Source: Flavobacteriales bacterium
Lineage (GTDB): Bacteria; Bacteroidota; Bacteroidia; Flavobacteriales; BACL11
Assembly (NCBI GenBank): GCA_965183885.1
Contig: OZ238992.1
Coordinates: forward strand, 1,211,159 to 1,275,158
Length of the DNA stretch: 64,000 nucleotides
Direction: 5' to 3'
The notes beneath the pieces were generated by a model. It had not been told where the DNA came from. It saw only the letters and a program-made list of their open reading frames with translations, and ran no database searches. Both the position numbers and the translations under genes were made by a program. Below are positions 17,768-29,258 of the stretch, in pieces. The number at the start of each line of letters is the position of its first letter. Position 1 is the first letter of the stretch.

Positions 17768-18223
17768 ATGATAGCAAAAGAAGAAATAAAAAAAGTAGCA
17801 GAGGTAAAAATTAAGGAGCTGGAAGGTTTTTTAGTAGATGTAAAAGTAAATACTGCCAATGTTATTACTGTATTTTTTGATAGGATGGAAGGGGTTCAAG
17901 TAGAACATTGCTTGGAAATTAGCAAGTATGTTGAAGAACATTTTGATAGAGAGGAAGAAGATTATGAACTAACAGTTTGTTCGGCTGGGCTTGATAATCC
18001 ATTTGTAGTTGATGAGCAGTATCAAAAATATACAGGAAAAGAAGTTGGTGTGTTATTAACTAATGGTAAAAGAAAAACAGGAATTATTATTTCTTATGAT
18101 ACTGCTTTGTTGCTAGAAGTAGCAAAAAAGAAAAAAGGAAGTAGAAAAGAATATATTATTGAGCAGGTAAGCATCCCTAAGGATGAGATAAAAGAAACTA
18201 AACTTAAAATAAATTTTAAATAA
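17768..18223 (+). CDS. rimP: ribosome maturation factor RimP
   Basis: 151 aa located immediately upstream of nusA. The N-terminal region and C-terminal Sm-like region are typical of RimP, and the rimP-nusA-infB order is conserved. Confidence 0.85.
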   Translation: MIAKEEIKKVAEVKIKELEGFLVDVKVNTANVITVFFDRMEGVQVEHCLEISKYVEEHFDREEEDYELTVCSAGLDNPFVVDEQYQKYTGKEVGVLLTNGKRKTGIIISYDTALLLEVAKKKKGSRKEYIIEQVSIPKDEIKETKLKINFK

Positions 18224-18229
18224 AAGTAA

Positions 18230-19471
18230 ATGGAAATAGAAAATCTAATTGAATCGTTTTCAGAGTTTAAAGAGGTTAAAAATATTGATCGTGAAACTAT
18301 GATGAACATCTTGGAAGATGTTTTTAAGGCGGTATTAGCAAAAAAATATGATGATGAAGGTAACTTTGATGTCATTATTAATGTTGATAAAGGGGATTTA
18401 GAAATTTGGAGAAATAGAGAGGTTGTTGAAGATGGAGAAGTTGAAAGCCCTATTGCTCAGATTGCATTGTCAGAAGCTTTAAAGATTGAAGATGATTATG
18501 AAGTTGGTGAGGAGGTTTCAGAGCAAGTAAGTTTTGAGTCAGAGTTTGGAAGAAGGCAAGTACTTTCTATTCGTCAGCATTTAATGGCTCGTATTGCTGA
18601 TCAGCATAGAGATGAGTTGATGAAAAGGTATGAAGAAAGAATAGGTGAAATTATCCATGGAGAAGTATATCAAATATGGAGGAATGAGATTTTATTGCAA
18701 GATGATGAAGGAAATGACTTGTCATTGCCTAAATTAGAACAAATACCTAAAGACTACTTTAAAAAAGGGGAATCTGTTAGAGCAGTAATAAAGGAAGTGA
18801 ACCTTAAGAATAACAAAGCAAATATTGTACTTTCTCGTATTGCTCCTGAGTTTATTGAACGTTTATTTGAGCAAGAAGTTCCAGAAGTATTTGATGGAAT
18901 TATTACGATAAAGAATGTGGTAAGAGTACCAGGGGAGAGAGCTAAGGTAGCGGTAGAGTCTTATGATGATAGGATTGATCCTGTTGGGGCTTGTGTTGGA
19001 ATGAAAGGTTCAAGAATACATGGTATCGTTCGCGAGTTAAAGAATGAGAATATTGATGTAGTTAATTTTACTGAGAATTCACAATTATTAATAAGTAGAG
19101 CTTTAAGCCCTGCAAAAATTACTTCTGTAGTTTTAGATGATGAAAAAATGAGAGCTAGTGTTTATATGGATGCTGATCAGGTTTCATTAGCAATTGGTAG
19201 AGGAGGACATAATATTAATTTAGCTGGAAAGCTATCAGGATATGATATTGATGTTTATAGAGATAAGGATAGTTTTGAAGATGATGTTGCTATTGACGAA
19301 TTTACAGATGAAATTGAAGGATGGGTAATTGATGCTTTAAAAGCAATTGGTTGTGATACAGCAAAAAGTGTATTGGATATCCCAGCAGTTGATTTAGTTT
19401 CAAGAACAGATTTAGAAATAGAAACAATAGAAGATGTACTGAACATTTTAAGTTCAGAATTTGAAGATTAA
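18230..19471 (+). CDS. nusA: transcription termination/antitermination factor NusA
   Basis: 413 aa with an S1 region and KH domain motifs (VGACVGMKGSRIHGIVREL, AIGRGGHNINLAGKLSG). Confidence 0.95.
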   Translation: MEIENLIESFSEFKEVKNIDRETMMNILEDVFKAVLAKKYDDEGNFDVIINVDKGDLEIWRNREVVEDGEVESPIAQIALSEALKIEDDYEVGEEVSEQVSFESEFGRRQVLSIRQHLMARIADQHRDELMKRYEERIGEIIHGEVYQIWRNEILLQDDEGNDLSLPKLEQIPKDYFKKGESVRAVIKEVNLKNNKANIVLSRIAPEFIERLFEQEVPEVFDGIITIKNVVRVPGERAKVAVESYDDRIDPVGACVGMKGSRIHGIVRELKNENIDVVNFTENSQLLISRALSPAKITSVVLDDEKMRASVYMDADQVSLAIGRGGHNINLAGKLSGYDIDVYRDKDSFEDDVAIDEFTDEIEGWVIDALKAIGCDTAKSVLDIPAVDLVSRTDLEIETIEDVLNILSSEFED

Positions 19472-19491
19472 TAAAATAATTAAGCCCTAGT

Positions 19492-22122
19492 ATGTCAGAT
19501 AAAAAAAGCGTAAGGTTAAATAAGTTAGTTAAGGAATTTAATGTTAGTATTGACAGGATTTATGCATTTCTTGAAGCTAAAGGAATAGAAGATTTAAAGC
19601 CAAATTCAAAAGTGTCTCATGATGTGTATATGGATCTTTTAGGCGAATTTGATTCTGAAAAAAAGGCTAAAATTTCAGCTGAGTTGCTAGCAAAAGAAAA
19701 AGAGTTAGCAAAAGCTGAAGAGATTATTAAGCAAAAAGAAGCTGAAGAAGCTGCTGAGCAAAAAGCAAAAGAAGCAAAAGAAGCTGCTGAACAAAAAGCA
19801 AAAGAAGCAAAAGAAGCTGCTGAACAAAAAGCAAAAGAAGAAGCTGAACAGAAAGCAAAGGAAAAGGCAAAGCAAAAAACAAAAGAAGAGGTAAAGCCTG
19901 AGAAAAAAGGACCTAAAATATTAGGTAAACTTGATTTAGAGCCAAAGAAAAAGGTTGCTAAAAAAGTAGAGGAAAAGCCAAAAGAAGAAGTGAAGCCTGT
20001 TGAGGAACCAAAGAAAGAAGTTGCCAAAGAAGAAGGTATTATTAAGGCAAAAGCTACTAAGCTTAGAGGTGTAAAAGTAACAGGGCAAAAAATTGATTTA
20101 TCTCAGTTTAAAAAACCTGAGGCTGAACCAAAACAAAAAAGAAAAAGAATTGTTAAAACAAAGGTTGACCCTAAGAAGTTTAAAAAAGGAAGAAAACCAG
20201 CTAAAGCTCCAGTAGAAATTTCTCCGGAAGAAGCACAAAAAAGAGTAAGAGAAACTTTAGCTAAATTACAAGGTGGAGGTAAGAAATCATCTGTAAAGAA
20301 TAGAAGAGATAAAAGACAAGCACATAGAGATGTTGTAGCTAAAGAAGATAATCAAAGAGCTGCTTCTGATCAAGTAATTAAAATTGCTGAGTTTGCAACA
20401 GCAAGCGAATTAGCTACATTAATGGATGTTGCAGTTACTGAAATTGTAACAACTTGTATGGGCTTAGGGATGATGGTAAGTATGAACCAAAGGTTAGATG
20501 CTGAGACAATTCAGATGCTAGTTGAAGACTTTGGGTTTAAAGTAGAATTTGTGGGTGCTGATGTGCAGGAGTCAATAGAAGAAATTGTTGATGCTGAAGA
20601 CCAGTTAGTAACTCGTGCTCCTATTATTACAATTATGGGACATGTTGATCATGGTAAAACATCATTAATGGATTATATTAGAGAAACTAATGTAATTGCT
20701 GGAGAATCAGGAGGAATAACACAGCATATTGGTGCTTATGAGGTTACTTTAGAAAATGGAAAACAAATTTCATTCTTAGATACTCCAGGTCACGAAGCCT
20801 TTACAGCAATGAGAGCTAGGGGAGCAAAAGTTACTGATATTGTAGTGGTAGTGGTAGCAGCCGATGATAGAGTGATGCCGCAAACTAAAGAGGCAATTAG
20901 TCACGCACAAGCTGCAGGAGTACCAATTATTTTTGCAATTAATAAAATTGATAGGCCAACAGCTGATGTAGAAAAAATTAAAGGTGAGCTTGCAGAAATG
21001 AACTTGTTAGTTGAAGACTGGGGAGGTAAATATCAGTCTCAAGATATATCTGCAAAAGTAGGTACAGGTGTGCCTGAAATCTTAGAGAAAATTATTTTAG
21101 AAGCTGAGATGCTTGATTTAAAAGCAAATCCTAATAGAAATGCTCAAGGTACAGTTATTGAAGCTTCTTTAGATAAAGGGAAAGGGTATTTATCAACTAT
21201 CTTAGTTCAAAAAGGAACTTTAAAGGTGGGTGATTTTGTACTTGCTGGATCTTATTCTGGTAAAGTAAAAGCTTTACTTGATGAAAGGGGAGAGGCAAAG
21301 CTAGAAGCAGGGCCTTCAACTCCAGTTGTACTTCTTGGTTTAGATGGAGCTCCAACTGCAGGGGATGAATTCCATGTTATGGATAGTGAACAAGAAGCGA
21401 AGAAAATTGCTTCAAGAAGAGCGCAGCTACAAAGAGAACAAAGTGTAAGAACACAAAAACACTTAACGCTTGATGAAATTGGAAGAAGAATTGCGTTAGG
21501 AGATTTCCAAGAGATTAATGTAATTGTAAAAGGTGATGTTGATGGTTCTATTGAAGCACTATCAGATACACTTCAGCAATTATCTACAGATGAAATTAAA
21601 GTAAATATTATACAAAAAGCAGTAGGACAGATTTCTGAGTCAGATGTAATGTTAGCTGCTGCTTCGGATGCAATTATTATTGGGTTCCAAGTAAGACCAT
21701 CGTTAAAAGCAAGAAAATTAGCGGAATCTGAACAAATTGATATTAGATTATATTCTGTAATTTATAAAGCAATTGAGGAGTTGAAATTAGCAATGGAAGG
21801 AATGCTATCTCCTGATGTAGAAGAAAAAATTGTTTGTAATATTGAAATTAGAGAAACATTTAAAATCTCTAAAATTGGTACTATTGCTGGTTGTATGGTA
21901 CTTGATGGAGCGTTAACAAGAAATACTGGAGTAAGACTTATCCGTGATGGTGTAGTCGTTTATACAGGTAAACTTTCATCATTAAAACGATTTAAGGATG
22001 ATGTTAACGAGGTAAGAAAAGGGTTTGAATGTGGTATGTCAATCGAAAACTTTAATGACCTTAAGGTAGGAGATATTATTGAAGGTTATGAAGAGGTAGA
22101 AGTAAAAAGAGAACTGAAGTAA
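19492..22122 (+). CDS. infB: translation initiation factor IF-2
   Basis: 876 aa. GTPase motifs [14 protein letters not shown] and NKID. The N-terminal region is Lys/Glu/Ala-rich. Confidence 0.97.
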   Translation: MSDKKSVRLNKLVKEFNVSIDRIYAFLEAKGIEDLKPNSKVSHDVYMDLLGEFDSEKKAKISAELLAKEKELAKAEEIIKQKEAEEAAEQKAKEAKEAAEQKAKEAKEAAEQKAKEEAEQKAKEKAKQKTKEEVKPEKKGPKILGKLDLEPKKKVAKKVEEKPKEEVKPVEEPKKEVAKEEGIIKAKATKLRGVKVTGQKIDLSQFKKPEAEPKQKRKRIVKTKVDPKKFKKGRKPAKAPVEISPEEAQKRVRETLAKLQGGGKKSSVKNRRDKRQAHRDVVAKEDNQRAASDQVIKIAEFATASELATLMDVAVTEIVTTCMGLGMMVSMNQRLDAETIQMLVEDFGFKVEFVGADVQESIEEIVDAEDQLVTRAPIITIMGHVDHGKTSLMDYIRETNVIAGESGGITQHIGAYEVTLENGKQISFLDTPGHEAFTAMRARGAKVTDIVVVVVAADDRVMPQTKEAISHAQAAGVPIIFAINKIDRPTADVEKIKGELAEMNLLVEDWGGKYQSQDISAKVGTGVPEILEKIILEAEMLDLKANPNRNAQGTVIEASLDKGKGYLSTILVQKGTLKVGDFVLAGSYSGKVKALLDERGEAKLEAGPSTPVVLLGLDGAPTAGDEFHVMDSEQEAKKIASRRAQLQREQSVRTQKHLTLDEIGRRIALGDFQEINVIVKGDVDGSIEALSDTLQQLSTDEIKVNIIQKAVGQISESDVMLAAASDAIIIGFQVRPSLKARKLAESEQIDIRLYSVIYKAIEELKLAMEGMLSPDVEEKIVCNIEIRETFKISKIGTIAGCMVLDGALTRNTGVRLIRDGVVVYTGKLSSLKRFKDDVNEVRKGFECGMSIENFNDLKVGDIIEGYEEVEVKRELK
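19747..19860 (+). repeat. in-frame 33-bp tandem repeat inside infB ([11 protein letters not shown] units)
   Basis: Units at 19747..19779 and 19780..19812 are near identical. A third unit is partial and followed by degenerate copies up to about 19860. Confidence 0.8.
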
Positions 22123-22129
22123 TTTCTTC

Positions 22130-22540
22130 TTAATCTTTAAACTGAGAAAAATTAATAATCTCAGGAACAGGATAAGCACCAGGAAAGTTTTTACTTATCT
22201 GGTGCTTTATTTTTATAGCTTCTAGTTTTGTTCTGCAATTACCAACTCTTACTCTATAATAAGGAGCTTCATATTCTAAATAGGCAGGTATTTCTGGATA
22301 TAGGTTCATAAAATCAACCTTTAATTGTTTTATGTCCTCTTGTTTAGCTTTAAAAAGTAATTGTACACGCCACCCCTCAATGCCATTTTTTGCTTTTAAG
22401 ATATTTTCATATTTTGTTACTAGCTCATCAACCCCTTGCTCATTAATGCTAATTATAGTTCCATTATCTGATAAGGTAGTGTCTGTTTGTCCCATTAAAA
22501 AGAATGGACATGTAATACATAAAAGTAATATCTTTTTCAT
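22130..22540 (-). CDS. SPOR domain-containing protein
   Basis: Signal peptide. The C-terminal GWRVQLLF...YRVRVGNCRTKLEA pattern is typical of SPOR peptidoglycan-binding repeats. Confidence 0.7.
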   Translation of the reverse strand: MKKILLLCITCPFFLMGQTDTTLSDNGTIISINEQGVDELVTKYENILKAKNGIEGWRVQLLFKAKQEDIKQLKVDFMNLYPEIPAYLEYEAPYYRVRVGNCRTKLEAIKIKHQISKNFPGAYPVPEIINFSQFKD

Positions 22541-22645
22541 TGCTCAAAAGTATAAAATTAAATGAGTTGATTTTTATTTATACTATAATTGGGTTTTGAA
22601 GCTTTATAAGGATAAAGATACATTTGCTTTTCTTACTTTTGTAAA

Positions 22646-23953
22646 GTGAGATATTCCTATACATTTACTATTGAAGATTCTAGTGCTTTTATTAAGCAAT
22701 TACTTGAAAAAAGTAAAGCCTTAGATTATATAAGTATCTTGGATTCAAATTCACAGTTTAATACTTCAGAACTACCAGAAGAGTATGTTAATTATGATTT
22801 AATTGTTGGAGTTGATGCTCTTGAGGTTTTTGATATAAATGATTATGCTTTTAGCAATTTAAAATCTTTTCATAAAAAACATAAGGATTGGATGTTTGGC
22901 TATTTATCCTATGATTTAAAAAATGAGTTAGAAGCTCTTAGTTCAAAAAACTATGATGGTATTAAACCCTCTCAGTTATCTTTCTTTATTCCTAAATATG
23001 TATTGTTGTTAAAAGCAGGTATTTTAGAAGTTCATACTTTTGAAAGTAAGATGATATGTAAACAGTTTCTAGATAGTTTAGAATCTTATTCTGAGGAAGA
23101 AATATGTGAAGTTTCTTTACAAGCAAGAGATGATAAGAAAACTTATATGCAAAAGATAGCAGCAATAAAAGATCATATACAAAGAGGGGATATTTATGAG
23201 ATGAATTATTGTCAAGAATTTTTTGCAGAGGAGATTGATTTAAATCCTCAAGCAGTATTTGAAAAGTTAAATTCAAAAGCAAAAGCTCCTTTTACAGTGT
23301 TTTTGAAAATGATAGATTTATATGCTATGTGTGGTAGCCCTGAACGTTTTATTAAGAAAACAGGAGATAGATTAGTTTCTCAGCCAATAAAAGGAACTAG
23401 GAAAAGAGGGGCTGATATTTTTGAAGATAAAAGATTAATTGAAGAATTAAAAAAGAGTGATAAAGATATTTCAGAGAATATAATGATTACTGATTTAGTG
23501 CGAAATGATATGTCTATTACAGCTAGTAAAGGTAGTGTTAAGGTTCCTGAATTATGTAGTGTATATACTTTTGAAAAAGTACATCAGATGATTACAACAA
23601 TCACAGCTAATATAAGTGAGGAGGTTCATTTTACTGAGATCCTAAGTTCAGTCTTCCCAATGGGATCAATGACAGGGGCTCCTAAATTACGAGCTATGGA
23701 ATTAATTGAACAATTTGAAGACTTTAAAAGGGGATTGTTTTCAGGAGCAATAGGTTATATTACTCCAAAAGGAGATTTTGATTTTAATGTTGTTATCAGA
23801 ACAATTTTGTATAATGCACAGGAAAAATATCTTTCAATTGGCGTGGGAGGAGCAATTACTATTAAATCAGATGTTGAGGAAGAATTTGATGAGTGTTTAG
23901 TAAAAGCAAAACCAATCTTTGAAGTGCTAAATTTTCAATTAAATGAAAACTAG
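22646..23953 (+). CDS. pabB: aminodeoxychorismate/anthranilate synthase component I family protein
   Basis: CGSPERFI, PIKGTRKRG and SMTGAPKLRAMELI are chorismate-binding enzyme motifs. GTG start as tracked. Confidence 0.8.
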   Translation: MRYSYTFTIEDSSAFIKQLLEKSKALDYISILDSNSQFNTSELPEEYVNYDLIVGVDALEVFDINDYAFSNLKSFHKKHKDWMFGYLSYDLKNELEALSSKNYDGIKPSQLSFFIPKYVLLLKAGILEVHTFESKMICKQFLDSLESYSEEEICEVSLQARDDKKTYMQKIAAIKDHIQRGDIYEMNYCQEFFAEEIDLNPQAVFEKLNSKAKAPFTVFLKMIDLYAMCGSPERFIKKTGDRLVSQPIKGTRKRGADIFEDKRLIEELKKSDKDISENIMITDLVRNDMSITASKGSVKVPELCSVYTFEKVHQMITTITANISEEVHFTEILSSVFPMGSMTGAPKLRAMELIEQFEDFKRGLFSGAIGYITPKGDFDFNVVIRTILYNAQEKYLSIGVGGAITIKSDVEEEFDECLVKAKPIFEVLNFQLNEN

Positions 23954-25253
23954 AGTCCAAAATTTTATAAATCAAAAGCATCTTTTTTTAAAAGATGATA
24001 AAATTATCTTAGGGATAAGTGGGGGGGGTGATAGTGTTTGTTTAATGCATCTGCTATTGTCTTTAGATTATAATATTGAGTTGGCTCATTGTAATTTTAA
24101 TTTAAGAGGAGAGGAGTCAGATGCTGATGAATTGTTTGTAAGGCAATTAGCAGAAAAATTTAAGCTTAAACTACATGTTAAAAGTTTTGATGTGAATCAG
24201 TATATATTAGGGAAGAAGGTTTCTACTCAGATGGCTGCTCGTGATTTACGATATAATTGGTTTCAATATTTATTGGAGCAAGAAAACGCAGCATATATTG
24301 CTATTGCTCATCATGCTAATGATGATGTAGAAACATTCTTCATAAATTTAATAAGAGGTACTGGTATTGAAGGTTTATTAGGGATTAAAGAAAGAAATAA
24401 GAAAGTAGTAAGGCCTTTAATGATGGTTTCCCGTAAGGAAATTGAAGATTATTTAAAAAAGAATAATTTAGAGTATAGAGAAGATAGTAGTAATCAGTCT
24501 GTAAAATACTTACGAAATAAGATTCGTCATAAATTAATGCCTTTGCTTGAGGAAATGAATCCTAAAATAGGAAATACAGTTTCTGAAGAGATGAAGATAT
24601 TAGAAGGGGTCTCAGAAGTATATTATGCTCAAGTAAATAAAATGCGGAAAGACTTATTACTTGAAGTTGATGGAGTGTTTAAGATTGAGCTAAAGAAATT
24701 AAAAAACTTAAAACCATTAAATAATTATTTGTATGAATTATTAAAGCCATTTGGTTTTACAGAGGTACAGGCTATTATTAGGTCTTTAGATGGGCAAAGT
24801 GGAAAACAGTTCTTTTCAAAAACACATCAGTTGATTTTAGATAGGGATTTTGTAATAATAAGTAAGTTAAATATAAAAAATGAAGATGCAATAATTATTG
24901 ATATTGAAACAAATGCTTTAGGTTCACCTTTTTCTTTAAAATTTTTAAAGACTAAGGAGAAAGAATTAATTAAAGATTTATCTTTTGCTCAGTTAGATAT
25001 GGATAAGTTACAGTTTCCGTTAATTCTAAGAAAATGGAAAAAAGGGGATAGGTTTAAGCCTTTAGGAATGTCCTCTTTTAAAAAGCTGAGTGATTTCTTT
25101 ATTGATAATAAGTTCTCTATTCTTGATAAGCAAGAGCAGTGGCTACTTTGTTCTGGGGCAGATATTGTTTGGGTTGTAGGCTGTAGGATTGATGAAAGGT
25201 ATAAGTTACAACCCAATACAAAAAATGTGTACCTTGCACAACTTTTAAAATAA
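23943..25253 (+). CDS. tilS: tRNA(Ile)-lysidine synthetase
   Basis: PP-loop ILGISGGGDS and AHHANDDVETF. Length is 436 aa. Confidence 0.9.
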   Translation: MKTRVQNFINQKHLFLKDDKIILGISGGGDSVCLMHLLLSLDYNIELAHCNFNLRGEESDADELFVRQLAEKFKLKLHVKSFDVNQYILGKKVSTQMAARDLRYNWFQYLLEQENAAYIAIAHHANDDVETFFINLIRGTGIEGLLGIKERNKKVVRPLMMVSRKEIEDYLKKNNLEYREDSSNQSVKYLRNKIRHKLMPLLEEMNPKIGNTVSEEMKILEGVSEVYYAQVNKMRKDLLLEVDGVFKIELKKLKNLKPLNNYLYELLKPFGFTEVQAIIRSLDGQSGKQFFSKTHQLILDRDFVIISKLNIKNEDAIIIDIETNALGSPFSLKFLKTKEKELIKDLSFAQLDMDKLQFPLILRKWKKGDRFKPLGMSSFKKLSDFFIDNKFSILDKQEQWLLCSGADIVWVVGCRIDERYKLQPNTKNVYLAQLLK

Positions 25254-25260
25254 TAAGTAA

Positions 25261-25737
25261 ATGTCAAATTCCGATTTTGTAGAAAAACAATATTTAGGGT
25301 TAAATAAGATGTCATTGGCCTTAAGAATGTCATTAGCTATTTTCTGTTTAGTGGCTTATTATTTAATAGGGAATAATGATAAAGGTGGGGAACTGTATTT
25401 CTTTATTGGAATTGCAATTCTTATAATTTCAATAATCCTATTCTTTATTCTTCATTTAAGAACTCAGGTGAAGAATGGAAGTGTTATATTAGATGGATTA
25501 TGGACTTCTAGAAAAGTGAAAATTGATACTGCGAGTATTGTTAGTGTTAAAAAGGTACAGTACAGTAAATATTTTTTAAATAGATCCGTTTACAACCTAC
25601 ACCGAAAAGGAAAAATAAAATTCTACACAAGAGGAGTTGAGGGAGTAGAGTTAACAGATAAAGATGGTTTAATATATTTAATAGGAAGCCAGAAGTCAGA
25701 AGAATTAACAAGAGTAATACAAAATAAATTAAGTTAA
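25261..25737 (+). CDS. small membrane protein (two TM segments plus a bPH-like C-terminal domain), unknown function
   Basis: 158 aa with two hydrophobic segments followed by a beta-rich domain. No catalytic motif. Confidence 0.4.
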   Translation: MSNSDFVEKQYLGLNKMSLALRMSLAIFCLVAYYLIGNNDKGGELYFFIGIAILIISIILFFILHLRTQVKNGSVILDGLWTSRKVKIDTASIVSVKKVQYSKYFLNRSVYNLHRKGKIKFYTRGVEGVELTDKDGLIYLIGSQKSEELTRVIQNKLS

Positions 25738-25738
25738 A

Positions 25739-27676
25739 ATGAAAAGAATATTAATAGCATTTTTCACATTAGTTAGTGTTGGCTTATCAGCACAGATTTT
25801 TGATCCTATTGATTGGGAATTTTCTCAGAAACAACTCTCAGATACAGAAATTGAACTGCAGTTTAAGGCTGTAATAGAGGATCATTGGCATTTGTATTCT
25901 CAGTTTATTGAGGAGGATGGTCCTATCCCTACAGAGTTTACATTTACAACAGAAGGAGGTTATGAGGTAATAGGAGGTGTAACTGAAGGGGAACCAATTG
26001 AAGAGTTTGATCCTAATTTTGATATGGTATTAAAGTACTTTGGACATGAAGCTATTTTTACTCAAAAAATAAAAGTTACTTCAGCTACAGATTTTAAACT
26101 GGAAGGAAATGTATTTTTTATGGTTTGTGACGAAGCACAGTGTTTACCTCCTGAAGAAGTTGAGTTTTCATTTGACATACCAGCTTCAGCATCTGGAACA
26201 GCAGAACATAAGTTAAGTGAGTTTGAGCCAGAGGTTAAAGAAGAAAAGAAAGGAATGTGGGCCTTGTTCTTTATTGCATTTCTTAGTGGTTTTGCAGCGC
26301 TTTTAACACCTTGCGTTTTCCCTATGATTCCAATGACAGTTTCATTCTTTACTAAGCAGTCAAAAACTAAAGCAAAAGGAATTGCAAATGCAATTATTTA
26401 TGGGCTTTCAATTATTGTTATTTATGTTGCTTTAGGAGTTGGAGTGTCTTCAATATTTGGTGCTGATGCATTAAATAATATGGCAACCAATGTATATTTT
26501 AATATTGGGTTCTTTGTTTTACTTATTGTTTTTGCAGCTTCATTTTTAGGAGCTTTTGAAATTCAACTTCCAGCATCATGGACTAACAAGAGTGTAGAGG
26601 CTGAAGGAAAAGGAGGTTTAATTGGAATTTTCTTCATGGCATTTACTTTGGCTTTAGTATCGTTTTCTTGCACAGGGCCAATTGTAGGAACTTTATTAGT
26701 AGAGGCAGCAACAGGAGGATATATGGGACCTATTATTGGTATGCTTGGCTTTTCATTAGCTATTGCTCTACCTTTTGCATTATTTGCAGCTTTCCCAGGA
26801 TGGTTAAATTCTTTACCTCAATCAGGAGGGTGGTTGAATTCAGTAAAAGTAGTATTAGGATTTTTAGAAATTGCTTTGGCATTTAAATTCTTATCAAATG
26901 CTGATTTAGTAATGCAAACGCACTTTTTAGAGCGTGAAGTATTTATTGCAATATGGATTATGATTTTTGGATTGTTGACTATGTATCTATTAGGATTCTT
27001 AAAATTTGCACATGATTCAGATTTAAAATATATATCTGTTGGTAGGCTTTCAGTAGCAATACTAACGGGTACACTAACCCTATATATGATTCCTGGTTTA
27101 TGGGGAGCGCCATTAAAAATAATTAACGCTTTCCCTCCACCAATGCAGTATAGCGAATCGCCATTTGGAGTAGGTAATTCTCAAGGAGGATCTGTTATTG
27201 CTCATGAAGAAGAAGGGCAACATTTAGGGCCGCAAGGAATTATGGTTTTTCATGATTATGATACAGGAATGAAGTATGCTAAAGAGGTAAATAAACCTGT
27301 GGTTTTAGATTTTACAGGACATGCTTGTGTAAACTGTCGTAAGATGGAAGAACAGGTATGGTCAGATGCAAATGTGAAAAATATGTTAGCTAGTGATGTT
27401 GTGTTAATTTCATTATATGTTGATGAGAGGATTGATCTTCCTAAGTCTGAGCAGTATGAGACTACAATGGCAGGTAAAACTAAAAAAGTGAAGACTACTG
27501 GAGATAAATGGATGGTGTTGCAAGCCAATACTTATGGAACTAATTCACAACCTTATTATGTATTTTTAGATCATAACGAAAAACAAATGCTTGAGCCAGC
27601 AAACTACCAAGATTATGGTACTGTTGAGTTATTTTCCGATTGGTTAAATAGAGGGTTAAAAGAGTTTAATAAATAA
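25739..27676 (+). CDS. DsbD-family thiol:disulfide interchange protein
   Basis: N-terminal secreted domain. The central CcdA/DsbD TM core has [10 protein letters not shown] and FSCTGP. The C-terminal thioredoxin fold carries CVNC. Confidence 0.8.
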   Translation: MKRILIAFFTLVSVGLSAQIFDPIDWEFSQKQLSDTEIELQFKAVIEDHWHLYSQFIEEDGPIPTEFTFTTEGGYEVIGGVTEGEPIEEFDPNFDMVLKYFGHEAIFTQKIKVTSATDFKLEGNVFFMVCDEAQCLPPEEVEFSFDIPASASGTAEHKLSEFEPEVKEEKKGMWALFFIAFLSGFAALLTPCVFPMIPMTVSFFTKQSKTKAKGIANAIIYGLSIIVIYVALGVGVSSIFGADALNNMATNVYFNIGFFVLLIVFAASFLGAFEIQLPASWTNKSVEAEGKGGLIGIFFMAFTLALVSFSCTGPIVGTLLVEAATGGYMGPIIGMLGFSLAIALPFALFAAFPGWLNSLPQSGGWLNSVKVVLGFLEIALAFKFLSNADLVMQTHFLEREVFIAIWIMIFGLLTMYLLGFLKFAHDSDLKYISVGRLSVAILTGTLTLYMIPGLWGAPLKIINAFPPPMQYSESPFGVGNSQGGSVIAHEEEGQHLGPQGIMVFHDYDTGMKYAKEVNKPVVLDFTGHACVNCRKMEEQVWSDANVKNMLASDVVLISLYVDERIDLPKSEQYETTMAGKTKKVKTTGDKWMVLQANTYGTNSQPYYVFLDHNEKQMLEPANYQDYGTVELFSDWLNRGLKEFNK

Positions 27677-27683
27677 GAAAAAT

Positions 27684-29222
27684 ATGCTAGTAAAAACCTA
27701 TGGTAGTGCAGTTAGTGGTATTAATGCCACCACCATTACTATTGAGGTTGATGTAGCACAAGGGATTAAATTTTTCTTAGTAGGACTTCCTGATAATGCA
27801 GTAAAGGAATCTGAACAGCGTATTAGGGCTGCACTTAAAAATAATGGTTATCGTATTCCTGGGAAAAAGATTACAATTAATATGGCTCCTGCTGATATTC
27901 GTAAGGAAGGATCAGCTTACGATCTCCCTTTAGCAATAGGAATTCTTGCAGCTTCTCAGCAAATAAAATCAGATAAGGTTAGTGAATATTTAATTATGGG
28001 GGAGTTGTCCTTAGATGGGGGCTTACAATCTATAAAAGGAGCTTTGCCTATTGCTATTAAAGCAAGAGAGGAGGGCTTTAAAGGAATAATTCTTCCAAAA
28101 CAAAATGCTAGGGAAGCAGCTATAGTAAATGACTTGGAAGTTTATGGAGCATCATCTATCTTAGAGGTTATAAAGTTCATAAATGGGGAGGCTGTAATGG
28201 AGCAAACTAAAATTGACACTAGGGCTGAGTTTTTTGCAGGGTTGAACTCCAATATTGCTGATTTTTCTGATGTAAAAGGGCAAGAGAATATAAAGCGAGC
28301 ATTAGAAATTGCAGCAGCAGGAGGACATAATGTAATTATGATAGGTCCTCCAGGAGCAGGAAAAACAATGTTGGCAAAAAGAATGCCGGGGATATTGCCC
28401 CCATTAGCCTTGCAAGAAGCTTTAGAGACTACAAAGATACATTCAGTAGCAGGGCGTTTGTCTGCAAATGATACGCTTATGACTTATCGCCCTTTTCGTT
28501 CGCCACACCATACAATATCAGATGTTGCTTTAGTAGGAGGAGGAACAAACCCTCAGCCTGGAGAAATATCTTTAGCGCATAATGGAGTATTATTTTTGGA
28601 TGAGTTGCCAGAGTTTAAACGAACAGTTTTAGAGGTAATGCGACAACCTTTAGAAGATAGAGTAGTTACAATCTCTAGGGCAAAATCAACTGTAGATTAT
28701 CCTGCAAGTTTTATGTTAGTTTCATCTATGAACCCTTGCCCATGTGGTTATTATAATCATCCTGATAAAGATTGTTTATGTCCTCCAGGAATGGTGCAGA
28801 AATACTTGAATAAAATTTCAGGACCTCTTTTAGATAGAATTGATTTGCATGTTGAGGTTACTCCAGTAAGTTTTGAAGAACTAAGCAGTAAAGATAAAGG
28901 AGAAGATAGTGCTGCAATACGAGAGCGTGTAATGCAAGCTCGAAGTATACAAGAGCAAAGGTTTTTAAGTAATAAAGGTATTCATTCAAATGCTCAGATG
29001 AGTACAAAGAACTTGCAAAGCTTTTGTAAGTTAAGTGATGAAAGCCAGCAATTATTAAAATTAGCAATGGAAAAGTTAGATCTATCAGCCAGAGCTTATG
29101 ATAGAATATTAAAAGTGGCACGTACTATTGCAGATCTTTCAAGAAGCACAACTATTACGTCAGATCATATAGCTGAAGCTATACAATACCGATCATTAGA
29201 CAGGGAGGGTTGGGCAGGATAA
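27684..29222 (+). CDS. YifB/ComM family Mg-chelatase-like ATPase
   Basis: N-terminal Lon-like domain, Walker [19 protein letters not shown], and a C-terminal ChlI-associated region. Confidence 0.9.
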   Translation: MLVKTYGSAVSGINATTITIEVDVAQGIKFFLVGLPDNAVKESEQRIRAALKNNGYRIPGKKITINMAPADIRKEGSAYDLPLAIGILAASQQIKSDKVSEYLIMGELSLDGGLQSIKGALPIAIKAREEGFKGIILPKQNAREAAIVNDLEVYGASSILEVIKFINGEAVMEQTKIDTRAEFFAGLNSNIADFSDVKGQENIKRALEIAAAGGHNVIMIGPPGAGKTMLAKRMPGILPPLALQEALETTKIHSVAGRLSANDTLMTYRPFRSPHHTISDVALVGGGTNPQPGEISLAHNGVLFLDELPEFKRTVLEVMRQPLEDRVVTISRAKSTVDYPASFMLVSSMNPCPCGYYNHPDKDCLCPPGMVQKYLNKISGPLLDRIDLHVEVTPVSFEELSSKDKGEDSAAIRERVMQARSIQEQRFLSNKGIHSNAQMSTKNLQSFCKLSDESQQLLKLAMEKLDLSARAYDRILKVARTIADLSRSTTITSDHIAEAIQYRSLDREGWAG

Positions 29223-29258
29223 AATTCCTATATTCGCGCATTAAAATTTTTAAAAAAT

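Noticed and set aside
19617-20027. 136-aa minus-strand ORF rich in Ser/Phe/Ala
   Set aside because: It is the reverse-frame shadow of the Lys/Glu/Ala repeat region of infB and is not an independent gene.
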